Shown here piece by piece: positions 1 through 10,891 of a stretch of DNA of 22,289 nucleotides (within the stretch, counting starts at the first letter, position 1; every line of letters starts with the position of its first letter). This DNA is from Octopus sinensis. Lineage: Eukaryota. Under the pieces are notes generated by a model that saw nothing but the letters and a program-made list of their open reading frames with translations, did not search any database and was not told the DNA's origin. The stretch spans positions 1 to 22,289 of the forward strand of contig NW_021823708.1 of the NCBI RefSeq assembly GCF_006345805.1. Direction: 5' to 3'. Both the position numbers and the translations under genes were made by a program.

Positions 1-242
1 AGCTAAGATAATACGTAATCCTGTTTAACTTTACATATGAATAAACATTTATCAAATTCAACGCATTTCTAACACAAGAGTGTATTGAGTAATATTATAT
101 ATATGTACCAGAGAATTAAGAATATCTAACTTGTTGTAGGATTGCAACCCAACTGGAAAAATAAGACAATATCAGAATTTTACACGCGGATAGTAGAATC
201 AATAACGCGATGAATAATATACCATATGCTATTCGGTTATGT

Positions 243-400
243 CTCTTTATGTTCTAAGTTCAATTTGCATCCAAGTCTATGTCGACTTGCATCGTGTTCA
301 ATGAAATGAGTACCAGTACGAGTTCAATAAAATAAATACTAGGGGTCGATGCAATCAACTGTACCCTGGAAGACTGTGTACGAGTACGTCCACAGCACCC
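243..400 (+). mobile_element. Highly degraded SINE fragment (same family as 2635-2845)
   Basis: Degenerate matches to family motifs: tttatgttctaagttcaa (B-box region), gaaatgagtaccagt and ggggtcgatgcaatcaact (compare ggggtcgatgtaatcgact in intact copies). Confidence 0.5.
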
Positions 401-630
401 TGAATGAAAACAGTCAAAGCGCATTGAAGATAAATGAAGTCGCAGACGACAGCCCGGCTGAGATATCAGTCACTTGATAAGAAGACACGCAACAGACAAC
501 GCACGACTGTGCAAGCTAAAAAGCCTTCTATATACGAGGAGCCATCGTTATGTAGCCGGTTGCCTAATTACAACTACATGGATTGGGCCTTTCGGGTGTT
601 AGGTTTCCATGAGCACTCTCATGACAGTTG

Positions 631-939
631 GTGGAGGCACATGGTCTAGTGGTTAGAGCAGCGGACTCGCAGTCGAGGGATCGCGGGTTCGAATTTCAGA
701 CCAGGTGATGTGTGTGTTTATGAGCGAAATACCTAAGCTCCATGCGGCTCCGGCAGAAGGTAATGGCGAACTTCTGCTGGCTCTTCCGCCACAACTTTCT
801 CTCACTCTTTCCTCCTGCATCTTGCAGCTCACCTGCGACGGACCGGCGTCCCGTCTAGGCGGGGAACCTATAAACCAAAGAAACCGGGAAAACCGGCCCT
901 TATGAGCCAAGCATGGCTCAAGAAGGAACAAACAACAAA
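631..939 (+). mobile_element. Full-length tRNA-derived SINE (type 1) with target-site duplication
   Basis: tRNA-like head with A box TGGTCTAGTGG (642-652) and B box GGTTCGAATT (686-695); 3' hairpin GAGCCA-agca-TGGCTC; (AAC)-rich tail; 11 bp TSD catgacagttg at 620-630 and 940-950; homologous to 5810-6129. Confidence 0.9.
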
Positions 940-1395
940 CATGACAGTTGACCGGCTTTCAATCGACGTTTACTTCTGTCATATGAGCACCACAAATTAA
1001 ATTTTTAAGCTTAACTATCATTGAGCAATTCCGAATATGTGAAATTCTTTGTCGGAAAGTATGAAGTGAGCTAAGCCTGGAGAAATGAAAATCAAAAGAA
1101 ATTGAGAAAAAGAAACAAAAAAAAACCCCAGAAAAACCCCAGAAATCGTGATAGTCATTGGATTTCATTACGATTAAAAAATTGAACTAGTGAAACATTA
1201 TAAAGTTATGTGTACATATAACGAACGATAAGTCAAATTACTATAAACGTTCTATTTATTTTTTTACAATATAATCCACACAGGTTTAATATAATCAAAA
1301 TACCTTACAACTGACAATATTTTGAAATCTCGTTATATATTGACAGTTATATGAAATCGGTTAATTGCAGGCTACGTAATTAAGTGGAATTGACT

Positions 1396-1416
1396 CAGTG
1401 TATGTGTGTGTGTATC

Positions 1417-1456
<40 letters not shown>

Positions 1457-1466
1457 TGTATGTATG

Positions 1467-1506
<40 letters not shown>

Positions 1507-1565
1507 ACTATATATATATATATATGCATGTATGTATATATATATATATAATATATATATATATT

Positions 1566-1603
<38 letters not shown>

Positions 1604-1870
1604 TATATATATGTACGTATATATATATAAATATTATATATATATATATATGTGTGTGTATATAAATATATATATATGTGGTGTGTGGAGTGTGTATATA
1701 TGTATGCGTGTATAATTATATATATATATATATATATCATATATATATATATCTATATATATATATATATAATATATTATATATATAATATGTTATGCTT
1801 GTGTGTGTATGCGGTGTATGTGTGTATGTGTGTGCATGTGTGTATTATGTGTGTGCATCTCTACTGCAAC
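1396..1870. repeat. Compound (TG)n/(TA)n/(TATG)n microsatellite tract
   Basis: Read directly; includes a ~61 bp internal duplication (tatttaactatatata at ~1501 and ~1562). Confidence 0.95.
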
Positions 1871-2634
1871 CAGTGTGCTGAATCGAATCTCTATCTTACT
1901 ATTATATCTCCTCTTCTTGCTTCTCATTAAAAGCTTTGCTGCTTTAGTTGTTTTTTTTTGTCTTTCTTATATCAAGCTTACACTATCTATATTTCTATTA
2001 CTTTCTCTCTCTCATTTTCTCTCTCCCTCCCCCTCTCCCTCCCTCTTCTGTTTCCGCCATCTATTTTTGTGTAGCAGAAAATTTGATTAATGTGGAACTG
2101 CTGCTGATAAAGTTACTATGCGCATCACTTAAAAATTGGCATACTAACAAATTTTAATTAATTTAAGTGGGAAGTCGAGTTTTGCGCACGCGAGCTCAAA
2201 TTTCAGTCACGACTAGATTGTAGTCTTTTAGGCTACAATTTTCCAACGTTGATGTTTTATCTCTAATGTCACGGAGAACGAAATTTACCATATGCACGCA
2301 TGTTGATCTGGTTAACAAATGCGATTCACTGCAATCAGATTGATTCCGTCATAGCTGTAGAGCTTCCACACTCTTGCAGAGTGAAAGAACATTTCCGTAT
2401 TATCAACGAACCGATGGTTCATTGTCCTTATTATGACCTCAACCGGAATTCACTTTGCATGGAAGGCAACAAATGTACCAAAGAGCTTCTATTTGTCAAA
2501 GAAACTTAAAGCTACCCAAACAGAACCAAACAGGTGAAAATAGCTATTCTTCTTATAGAAGACGAGTGCTAGAAGATGGAGGCTTTAGAAATGCTTTTTG
2601 ACAGTATGAAATGAGCTTGAAATATTTCCATACC

Positions 2635-2845
2635 TATTTCTTTACTACTCGCAAGGGGCCAAACACAAAGAGGACAAACAAGGACAGACAAACGGATTAA
2701 GTCGATTACATCGACACCAGTCGACCCCGAAAGGATGAAAGGCAAAGTCGACCTCGGCGGAATTTGAACTCAGAACGTAACGGCAGACGAAATACCGCTA
2801 AGCATTTCGCCCGGCGTGCGAACGATTCTGTCAGCTCGCCACCTT
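2635..2845 (-). mobile_element. SINE (type 2, AAGGCGGCGAGCTGGCAG head) inserted in the Helitron fossil
   Basis: Minus strand reads aaggtggcgagctgacagaatcgtt...gagttcaaattcc (Pol III A/B-box-like); internal ctttcatcctttcggggtcga core; 3' end gtagtaaagaaata; shared flank tccatacc at 2627-2634 and 2851-2858 (TSD); ~22 bp internal deletion relative to other copies. Confidence 0.9.
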
Positions 2846-3488
2846 AAATGTCCATACCATCCACACCTCACCAAAGCATATAAACGCACACAAATAAGCT
2901 CTGAGTTATGCAATTCAATAAGGTTCATTAAAGATGTCAGTAAAAATGCCATTATATGGATATGACGCTGCAATTTTTGTTCAGATGAAGCAAAAGAACC
3001 GCGATAAAATTATCAAATTCCTGCAAGAACAATGTATCAGCAGTAATAATTCCTGGAGCTCTTTCATGTTTCTCATTCATGAAGATACTTAAGCATTCAA
3101 TAACAACTTGTTGTCCATTTGGCAATTGGCCAACGGGTTTATTCCATTCAAGTAACTGCTGAATGCCTATCATTAAGCCTAAGAGTCACAATACTTATGT
3201 TTTTCTTCTAAGCTGTGCCAGTATGGTCTCTTTGCAAAAGCATTGCTGTACTCTCATGTTCCCTCTACATGGAAAAACAAGCGATAGAAATGAAGAATGC
3301 AATGTGACTCTGTTGAAAGTCAAACTGACATAACTTTTGACTGTGCCATTAAAAGAGAGTATACTGTAGACGTTAGTAAACATGAATGCTTATTTCTAAA
3401 ACCCCTCTCCATAAAGTAACAGATTAAAGCTCATTTCAAGATCTTCGAATGGTAAATAGCAAATTTTACTCCACCTATTGAGAGAGAT

Positions 3489-3899
3489 ATTTATATTTGA
3501 ACTAGCAGTATCGCCCGGCGTTGCTCGGGTTTGTAAAGGAAATAACTATATAAGCATTTTTAGAGAGTTATAGCCAAAAAATAGCAAAAAAATGCATTGA
3601 AAATGGAAAACAAATGATGGTAATTTTTTTTAAAAAATCGTTGACTCATCGTAGACGTTTTTAGAGAGTTACTTCCCTTATATAATAGCGAAAAAATGCA
3701 TTAAAATGGAAAAAAATGATGGTAATTTTTTTTTAATCGTAGACTCATCGTAGACGCGCGCTAATACCCAGAAGGGCTCGATATGAATTACGACTATAAG
3801 ATACCTGGTTTTGGTTAAACTGCACCGCAAATTGTCGGAGTAGTTAGGAATCTAAATCGTAGGAGACAGACACACAACTTCTCTTTTATATATAAAGAT
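3489..3899 (+). mobile_element. Non-autonomous Helentron/Helitron-type element (HINE/DINE-1/Lep1-like)
   Basis: 5' actagc followed by hairpin cccggcgttgctcggg (3514-3529); 3' end gacagacacacaac...ttttatatataaagat; sits at a T/T junction with no TSD and splits the Helitron frame; internal ~100 bp tandem duplication (3557-3657 and 3658-3756). Confidence 0.65.
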
Positions 3900-4327
3900 T
3901 GTCCATGGCATGCAAAATATTCTGAAGTTCTTTTTACTATGTTGTTAAAACACTGTGAACCATCCAGTCTGATTCAGCTTTCGTTCAAGAATGGTGATGA
4001 CTTTGCCAAAGATTTCAAGCATCAAGCTCAACAGGTATCTCCTGGTATGGAAGTAGAGTTTACAGGCGAAATCTGTAATGCAGATTTCATTAATAAGTTC
4101 AAAGAAATAACTAAAAAGTTACAAAAATTGTGCCTCTGTCAACCTAGTCACACGGAGGTCAAAAGCCAAGAAACTAATACAATGCTTACACTGGAAAGCA
4201 AATTTATTTCTTACTTTTCAAGAGATATTTAATAAAGTACTATTAAACCGAAGAAGCCACAATCATTAAGAACCGTTAATGGCAATTTAAAGCTTTCCTA
4301 CTTCCTGATCAACTCTGGGAGTTCTGC

Positions 4328-4481
4328 CACACACACACACACACACAACACACACACACACATACATGCACACACAAACACTCACTTGCACAGACATATA
4401 CATACACATATATGTATGTATAATATGTATGCACATAAATAAAAGCATGTATAATATATACATACATATATATATATATAT

Positions 4482-4527
<46 letters not shown>

Positions 4528-4572
4528 CATACATATATATATGTATATGTATGTATATATATATATATATCG
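4328..4572. repeat. (CA)n/(TA)n/(CATA)n microsatellite tract
   Basis: Read directly. Confidence 0.95.
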
Positions 4573-4802
4573 TTTGTATAAAACATAAATCCGGAGTAGA
4601 AGCACACTCTAAGATGTAGAGCAGATTATATTTCAATGAGGGAGGCCGGTTTATGGAATTACCGTGGGTTTCCCATCTATAAAGGCTTTAGCTTTATAGC
4701 GTATCGTCAAACCCCAAAACCTGTTGGCCTAAGACCTCTTCAAAATATGGAGGGAGAAAGCCACGCTACGAAGATAAACAATAGGGGATTATCTCCCTTT
4801 GC

Positions 4803-4837
4803 CATTGGCTATCGACTTCCGGGTGTGCCGCCATCTT
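4803..4837. promoter_or_regulatory. Cluster of CCAAT (NF-Y), ETS and YY1 consensus motifs
   Basis: cattggct (4803-4810; reverse AGCCAATG), acttccgg (4815-4822; reverse CCGGAAGT) and ccgccatctt (4828-4837) within 35 bp. Function is not shown. Confidence 0.35.
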
Positions 4838-5004
4838 GCGGTCTCCAAAACTCTAAGTCAATATACCATATATCTAAATAAGAAGTACACTCTAAAAAAT
4901 TTAGCAGTAAAGCATTAAATCACTGATAATAGAATGTCCAATGATTTCGCATCCACGAAAGCCAGAGCCTTGTGGGCAGCTCATTATACTCAAAACAAAA
5001 GATA

Positions 5005-5195
5005 AATATATGTACAAATATATGTGTATGTATTTCTATATATAGATATAAACATTTATATGTGTATATCTATACATATGTTTATATATACATATACGTG
5101 TGTATACATGCACACTCACGTATATATGTGTGCGTATATATATACATACATACATTACATACATTACATACATACATACATATATATATATATAT

Positions 5196-5226
<31 letters not shown>

Positions 5227-5337
5227 ATATATACACACACATACACACACACATACATATATATAAACAGACACACTTAAAAAAAGTATAGAAAACCGCG
5301 TTCGCTACAGACTGTGCTACTCATACATATACTTATG

Positions 5338-5377
<40 letters not shown>

Positions 5378-5440
5378 CACACACACACGCATACACACAC
5401 ACGCACGCATACACACGCACATAGACATACACACGCTCAC
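5005..5440. repeat. Degenerate (TA)n/(CA)n microsatellite region
   Basis: Read directly. Confidence 0.9.
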
Positions 5441-5809
5441 ACAGAGTTGAAGCACTATTTAATTTTTTTTCACCTTTTTGTACCTTTTTTTTATATATAA
5501 AATACTACAATTAGCTGTCATTTTTGACGACACAGAATCAGTTAGTTATTAATTAAACTACAACAAAGAAACATAATTTTCCCATGTACAAAAACGGTAT
5601 CGGTAAATAAATTCAATAATTAAACCTAGAACTAACTCCTAAATTATCTAACTATATAAGAACCTAGTCCTTGAAGTCCATGCAGATAGTGTCCCACCAG
5701 TCTTCCATAGTTATTAATATAAAAGTGAAAGCTTTTATACTCCATTCTTTCCAAAACAAAACAAACACGATTGAACTTAACTAATAATAACTAATTCTAA
5801 GTGAATTAC

Positions 5810-6129
5810 GATAAAACGATAACCGTCTCCCTTTTCAAGTTTAGCTAGGCTCATGGGCCCGTTTTCCCGGTTTCTGTGGCGTATGTGTTCCCCCCAGCTG
5901 GACGAGACGTCAGTCCATCGCAGCGTTACTCAAGAAACAGGAAAAAAGAAAGAGAGAAAGTTGTGGCGAAAGTGTACAACAGGGGTCGCCACCACCCCCT
6001 GCCGGAGCCTCGTGGAGCTTTTAGGTGTTTTCCTTCAATAAGCACACACAACACCCGGTCTGGTAATCGAAACCGCGATCCTCCGACCGCGAGCCCACTG
6101 CCTTAACCACTGGGCCATTGCACCTCCAC
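5810..6129 (-). mobile_element. tRNA-derived SINE (type 1), diverged copy
   Basis: Minus strand gtggaggtgcaatggcccagtggttaaggc...ggtttcgattacc; body aligns to 631-939 (gctccggcag, cgccacaactttctctc, aaaccgggaaaac); TSD aagtg(a/t)attac at 5799-5809 and 6130-6140. Confidence 0.85.
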
Positions 6130-6724
6130 AAGTGTATTACACTATTTCATAACCCAAAAGTTAATAATTAAAACACTCTATATATATTAAATATTCGTTA
6201 TTCTTACATGCTTTAATGTTAAACTTATATCAGTAACTTAATAGATAATACTAAAATATCCTTATGTATGAGATAGATAAACTTAAGCAGTACAAAGGAG
6301 ATATTAGTCTCTGAGAATATGTAATGAATCAGTATGCAGCCAGTTTATATCAGTAAGAATTACTTCTTAAAGGAGATACGGAATACTTACCACAGGTTAA
6401 ACTTTCGAGACATTCAAACGCTTCGGTGGCAATTCAGTGCATTTCCTCGTCTGCTGTTAAGCTAGTCGTTTGACCTCACAATATACAGCAGCTGTTGACA
6501 TCACAAATGTTTGATACAAAATTCGATAAGGAAAGAAAAAGAAAAGAAGTGGTCACTATTGTAAATAATAATTGTAAACATAACTGAATAACAGTGAAAA
6601 GTAACCTGAAAGTGTCCTACTACGGTAATTTAAAATGGAGGGAGGCCAATTCGAAAACCGTGATATTCTAATTCATATTAATCGGGTGTTTTCAGTATTT
6701 TATAACCATCAATTTATTCTTTTC

Positions 6725-7297
6725 TACTCTAGGCATAAAACTCGAAATTTTGGGGCAGGGATCCAGTCGATTAGATCGATCCCAGTACGCAGCTGGTATT
6801 TAATTTATCGACCCCGAAAGGATGAAAGGTAAAGTCGACCTCAGCGGGGTTTGAACTCAGAACGTAGCGGCAGACGAAATACCTATTTCTTTACTACCCA
6901 CAAGGGGCCAAACACAGAGAGGACAAACAAGGACAGACAAACGGATTAAGCCGATTACATCGACCCCAGTGCGTAACTGCTACTTATTTAATTGACCCCG
7001 AAAGGATGAAAGGCAAAGTCGACCTCGGCGGAATTTGAACTCCGCTAAGGGAAGACGAAATACCTATTTTTTTACTACCCACAAGAGGCTAAACACAGAG
7101 AGGGCAAACAAGGACAAACAAACGGATTAAGCCGATTATATCGACCCCAGTGCGTAACTGGTACTTATTTAATCGACCCCGAAAGGATGAAAGGCAAAGT
7201 TGACCTCGGCGGAATTTGAACTCAGAACGTAACGGCAGACGAAATACGGCTACGCATTTCGCCCAGCGTGCTAACGATTCTGCCAGCTCGCCGCCTT
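6725..7297 (-). mobile_element. Type 2 SINE tandem array: one head plus three ~181-184 bp body units
   Basis: gaccccgaaaggatgaaagg recurs at 6810, 6994 and 7175; a single head ends at 7297; the outermost unit has a different tail (cccctgccccaaaatttcgag-like on minus). Confidence 0.9.
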
Positions 7298-7349
7298 ACA
7301 ACCATTAATTTATTACCATGAGTTTCTAAACGAGTGAGTACTGTTAGTA

Positions 7350-7992
7350 CAAGTGGCGCAAGTGCTAAGGAAAATTATGAGAGTTATAGGATTGGAAGAA
7401 CAATTAGCAATAATTAGCAAGCATGAAAGTGAAACTAGTAAAGCTAAAACAGGCCGAGACTACATTAACGATAAATCAACGGAGCGTAATATTATCCAGA
7501 ACACGGAGCTTCAAGGAACGAGGTGAAAGTGCAGCTTCATTATCGAATTTTCAAACAAAATACAAAAGCACTGGGATGATTGGAATGGAACGTCTTTTGT
7601 CCATTTGGATCGAAGATTGCAACCGAAAGCACATTCCTTTTACTCAGATGACCATAAAACCGACAGCTGTTCATTTGTTTGCTATAGTCTAAAGAAAATG
7701 ACCAAAACAAAAAGAAATTGCTTGAGGGGAAACTAATAAATCATTTTTTTTTTTTGTTGAAATCCTGGATGGTTCAACGGGTTCAGAAAACGATCTGAAA
7801 TCCATAATGTTTGGGTTGTAGGGTTAAAGTTAAAGAGCAGACGATAGTGAATTTACCAATTATCGTGCTGAATTGAAAACAAAAATATCGAAGATGGCGG
7901 TTTTGTTGATCAAGAAATTGCGTTGTCGAAGCTAATGTGTAAAACAACTTGGCAAAGAAGGAAGAACCGTTGCCTGATTTCAAAGTGGCAAA
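7350..7992 (+). pseudogene. pogo/Tigger (CENP-B-like) transposase remnant
   Basis: MERLLSIWIEDCNRKHIPFTQMTIK (CENP-B HTH), GWFNGFRKRSEIHNV (from 7767), LAKKEEPLPDFKVANNHLTV (compare EEKSAPGFKAAKDRLT); stops and frameshifts; DDE core missing. Confidence 0.8.
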
Positions 7993-8108
7993 TAATCATT
8001 TAACAGTTTCAGTTTCAATAAATAAACATATCTTCTGCAACATGTATTGAGCACTCCTCTCTCTCATCAGTGTTTGACATAAAGCAACATACGTACACAC
8101 ACACACAC

Positions 8109-8181
<73 letters not shown>

Positions 8182-8822
8182 ATATATATACATATATATA
8201 CACACACGTGGTTATTTGACTGGAAACTACTGCTGTCGTTGCTGCTTACGGAGCAAGAGAGTGGAAGAGAGAGAGAGAGGGGGCGGAGAGAGAGAGAGCG
8301 ATTACTACGTGATAAGAGAAAGATTGAATATTCTCGTTAAGGGAAGAGAACCTATTCCAGAAATTGTAGACATTTTGGGCTCGTCAGTACAACATAACTC
8401 GATATACATATATATAAAATACAAAATGTGACAAGAACGCAAAACATCCAGACAGTTAAGTGATACAAGAAAAGGGACACAAACATCCAGATAGAGGATA
8501 CAAAGAAAGCAAGGACGGGTCATTCCGAGTTTTCTTTCTTCAGTCGAGTTCCAGATTATCTTTGCAATTTATATATATATTGGTGTCGATATATACGTTG
8601 TTGCATAGCGCTGGTCATAATGAGCTTTTTATTGTTTTAGCTTTTGAATGATGGCTAAGGATGGAACGGAACGGCAGTCTGTCACTGGGTTACCCGTGAC
8701 GACTGACTAGTCTGGGGAACGTAAGATAAAGTGTTACATATATATATATATATTATATATATATATCAGAAATACTAAATTTCTAAATCTCTCGTAGAGA
8801 CATGTATGGTGGTGGGGCGATA

Positions 8823-9112
8823 GAATGGTTGTATAATGTCAATCTAACACGAACGTGACAGTAGGGGGGTTCACCACCGCTGTTTAGCCCTAAGAAGCAT
8901 CGACGCCTCCTGATGGCTTTGACACATTTTTCCTGTGTCCTTATATACATTTACGAAGGGGAGACAAATACCCCCAGCCGCCCGGGCTGCATCTAGGGAC
9001 ACGTGTTTCAGGATGATTGTCCTTCGAGGAGGCGTCGATGCTTCCTAGGGCTAAACAGCAGTGGTGACCACCCCACTACTGTCACGTTGGTGTTAGATTG
9101 ACAGTATACAAC

Positions 9113-9117
<5 letters not shown>
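8823..9117. mobile_element. MITE with ~90 bp terminal inverted repeats and TA flanks (copy 1)
   Basis: Left arm 8820-8911 is the reverse complement of 9027-9120 with a few mismatches; termini GAATGG...CCATTC; TA at 8821-8822 and 9118-9119; no ORF. Confidence 0.8.
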
Positions 9118-9159
<42 letters not shown>

Positions 9160-9228
9160 TATACACACACGTGGTTATTTGACTGGAAACTACTGCTGTC
9201 GTTGCTGCTTACGGAGCAAGAGAGTGGA

Positions 9229-9274
<46 letters not shown>

Positions 9275-9819
9275 GGGGCGGAGAGAGAGAGAGCGATTAC
9301 TACGTGATAAGAGAAAGATTGAATATTCTCGTTAAGGGAAGAAGAACCTATTCCAGAAATTGTAGACATTTTGGGCTCGTCAGTACAACATAACTCGATA
9401 TACATATATATAAAATACAAAATGGGACAAGAACGCAAAACATCCAGACAGTTAAGTGATACAAGAAAAGGGACAACAAAACATCCAGATAGAGGATACA
9501 AAGAAAGCAAGGACGGGTCATTCCGAGTTTTCTTTCTTCAGTCGAGTTCCAGATTATCTTTGCAATTTATATATATATTGGTGTCGATATATACGTTGTT
9601 GCATAGCGCTGGTCATAATGAGCTTTTTATTGTTTTAGCTTTTGAATGATGGCTAAGGATGGAACGGAACGGCAGTCTGTCACTGGGTTACCCGGTGACG
9701 ACTGACTAGTCTGGGGGAACGTAAGATAAAGTGTTACATATATATATATATATATATATATATCAGAAATACTAAATTTCTAAATCTCTCGTAGAGACAT
9801 GTATGGTGGTGGGGCGATA

Positions 9820-10113
9820 GAATGGTTGTATAATGTCAATCTAACACGAACGTGACAGTAGGGGGGTTCACCACCGCTGTTTAGCCCTAAGAAGCATCGA
9901 CGCTCCTGATGGCTTTGACACATTTTTCCTGTGTCCTTATATACATTTACGAAGGGGAGACAAATACCCCCAGCCGCCCGGGCTGCATCTAGGGACACGT
10001 GTTTCAGGATGATTGTCCTTCGAGGAGGCGTCGATGCTTCCTAGGGCTAAACAGCAGTGGTGACCACCCCACTACTGTCACGTTGGTGTTAGATTGACAG
10101 TATACAACCATTC
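9820..10113. mobile_element. Same MITE (copy 2, part of the tandem duplication)
   Basis: Same TIRs and same arm-to-arm mismatches as copy 1; 1 nt shorter (cgctcc versus cgcctcc). Confidence 0.8.
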
Positions 10114-10339
10114 TATATATATATATAATATATATATATATAATAATATATATATATATATAATATTAAATTAGAGATAAAACCACTATTAGGCAAATCA
10201 TACAATGAAAAACTTAAGCCAATACATAAGATTATTTAATTTATATTATTTAAATATATAACAAAATTATTAAAAAAAATATAATTAATATAACACTTTT
10301 CTGCTTGACAATAATGTTAATACGTTTAAATCCCCGTGA

Positions 10340-10480
10340 AATCAATGATTTCAAAGGAGACAGATACAATAAGTACGAGACTTAAAATAATGTAATGAGT
10401 CTGGATTCGTTCGACTAACTCTCCAAAGCGGCACTCCAGCATGACCGCACTCCAATGTCAAAGAGAAGGAAAAGAATATG
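10340..10480 (+). mobile_element. 3' fragment of type 3 SINE
   Basis: gatacaataagtacgagactt...ttcgactaa...gcggcactccagcatgaccgca aligns to 12160-12245. Confidence 0.6.
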
Positions 10481-10891
10481 TCTAATCTTCAGCATATCTC
10501 TAGTTCTCTGAAGAGATTAAAACGAATCTTCGTTTTTTTTTCTCTCTGTACAAAACAATTGCATTCAGCCTGGTGGGAAGTCCAACATCTTTAGTCAAGC
10601 GTGGAGGCATATTAACAAAAAACAACAACAAAAAACAAACAAAAAAATTCCATATAATTTAATGTTGTGAATTCTGATTGTACTTCTTTTTTTTATTCCT
10701 TATTTGTAAATATTTCTGCATACGTATGTGTGTGTCAGCTGTAAGCGTGTATGCGCGTATGCCTCTTTTGGATCTAAATTATTAGCTAGTCTTTGTTACT
10801 ATTTAGCACAACCGATGATTAAAAGGGTTTCACTTATAGCCATCCACTTTATATTTAAAATTTATACATCTTCACAAAGAAGATCGTCTCT

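Larger units (their letters stand above)
2279..4200 (+). pseudogene. Helitron Rep/helicase fossil, frameshifted and interrupted by two insertions
   Basis: Collinear degenerate Helitron peptides across frames: RNLPYARMLIWL (HUH motif GLPHAHILIWL), QIDSVIAVELP...MVHCPYYDLNRNSLCMEGNKCTK, TGENSYSSYRRRVLEDGG, PYHPHLTKAY...ELCNSIRFIK, YGYDAAIF...CISSNN...FLIHE, QLVVHLAIGQRVLF, KLCQYGLFAKALLYSHVP, YTVDVSKHECLFL, SSFQDLRMVNSKFYSTY, LFTMLLKHCEPSSLIQL...EFTGEICN. Many stops and frameshifts. Confidence 0.85.
8125..10115. repeat. Direct tandem duplication of a ~1 kb unit (~8125-9120 and ~9121-10115) bounded by (TA)n tracts
   Basis: cacacacgtggttatttgactgg has gtgg at 8208 and 9171; the copies are near-identical apart from (GA)n length, a few 1-2 nt indels and rare substitutions. 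Confidence 0.95.

Noticed and set aside
434-620. Possible R4-type CCHC remnant (DNARLCKLK...YVAGC)
   Set aside because: Too few conserved residues to support without an alignment search.
633-705. tRNA gene
   Set aside because: A and B boxes are present, but the sequence continues into a SINE body with tail and TSD, so it is a SINE head. The same applies to 6060-6129, 11760-11830 and 17440-17514.
1652-1930. YI/CV/HT-rich ORFs here and at 4287-5291, 11712-12142, 13365-14763 and 16317-16691
   Set aside because: They are translations of stop-free microsatellites.
4240-4325. LRTVNG peptide suggesting a second Helitron piece
   Set aside because: It is a single short motif out of collinear order and could be chance.
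6810-7297. CRISPR-like array or ribozyme-bearing retrozyme
   Set aside because: Units are ~180 bp SINE bodies without unique spacers; I found no CTGANGA/GAAA core on either strand; the context is eukaryotic.
7891-7900. YY1/Kozak-like AAGATGGCGG
   Set aside because: It lies inside Tigger coding remnant (EDGG codons) with no accompanying promoter motifs.
8377-8387. Hammerhead core CTGACGAGCCC (minus; also 9373-9383) as an intact ribozyme
   Set aside because: No closing GGGC-GAAA half follows, so it cannot fold as a hammerhead.
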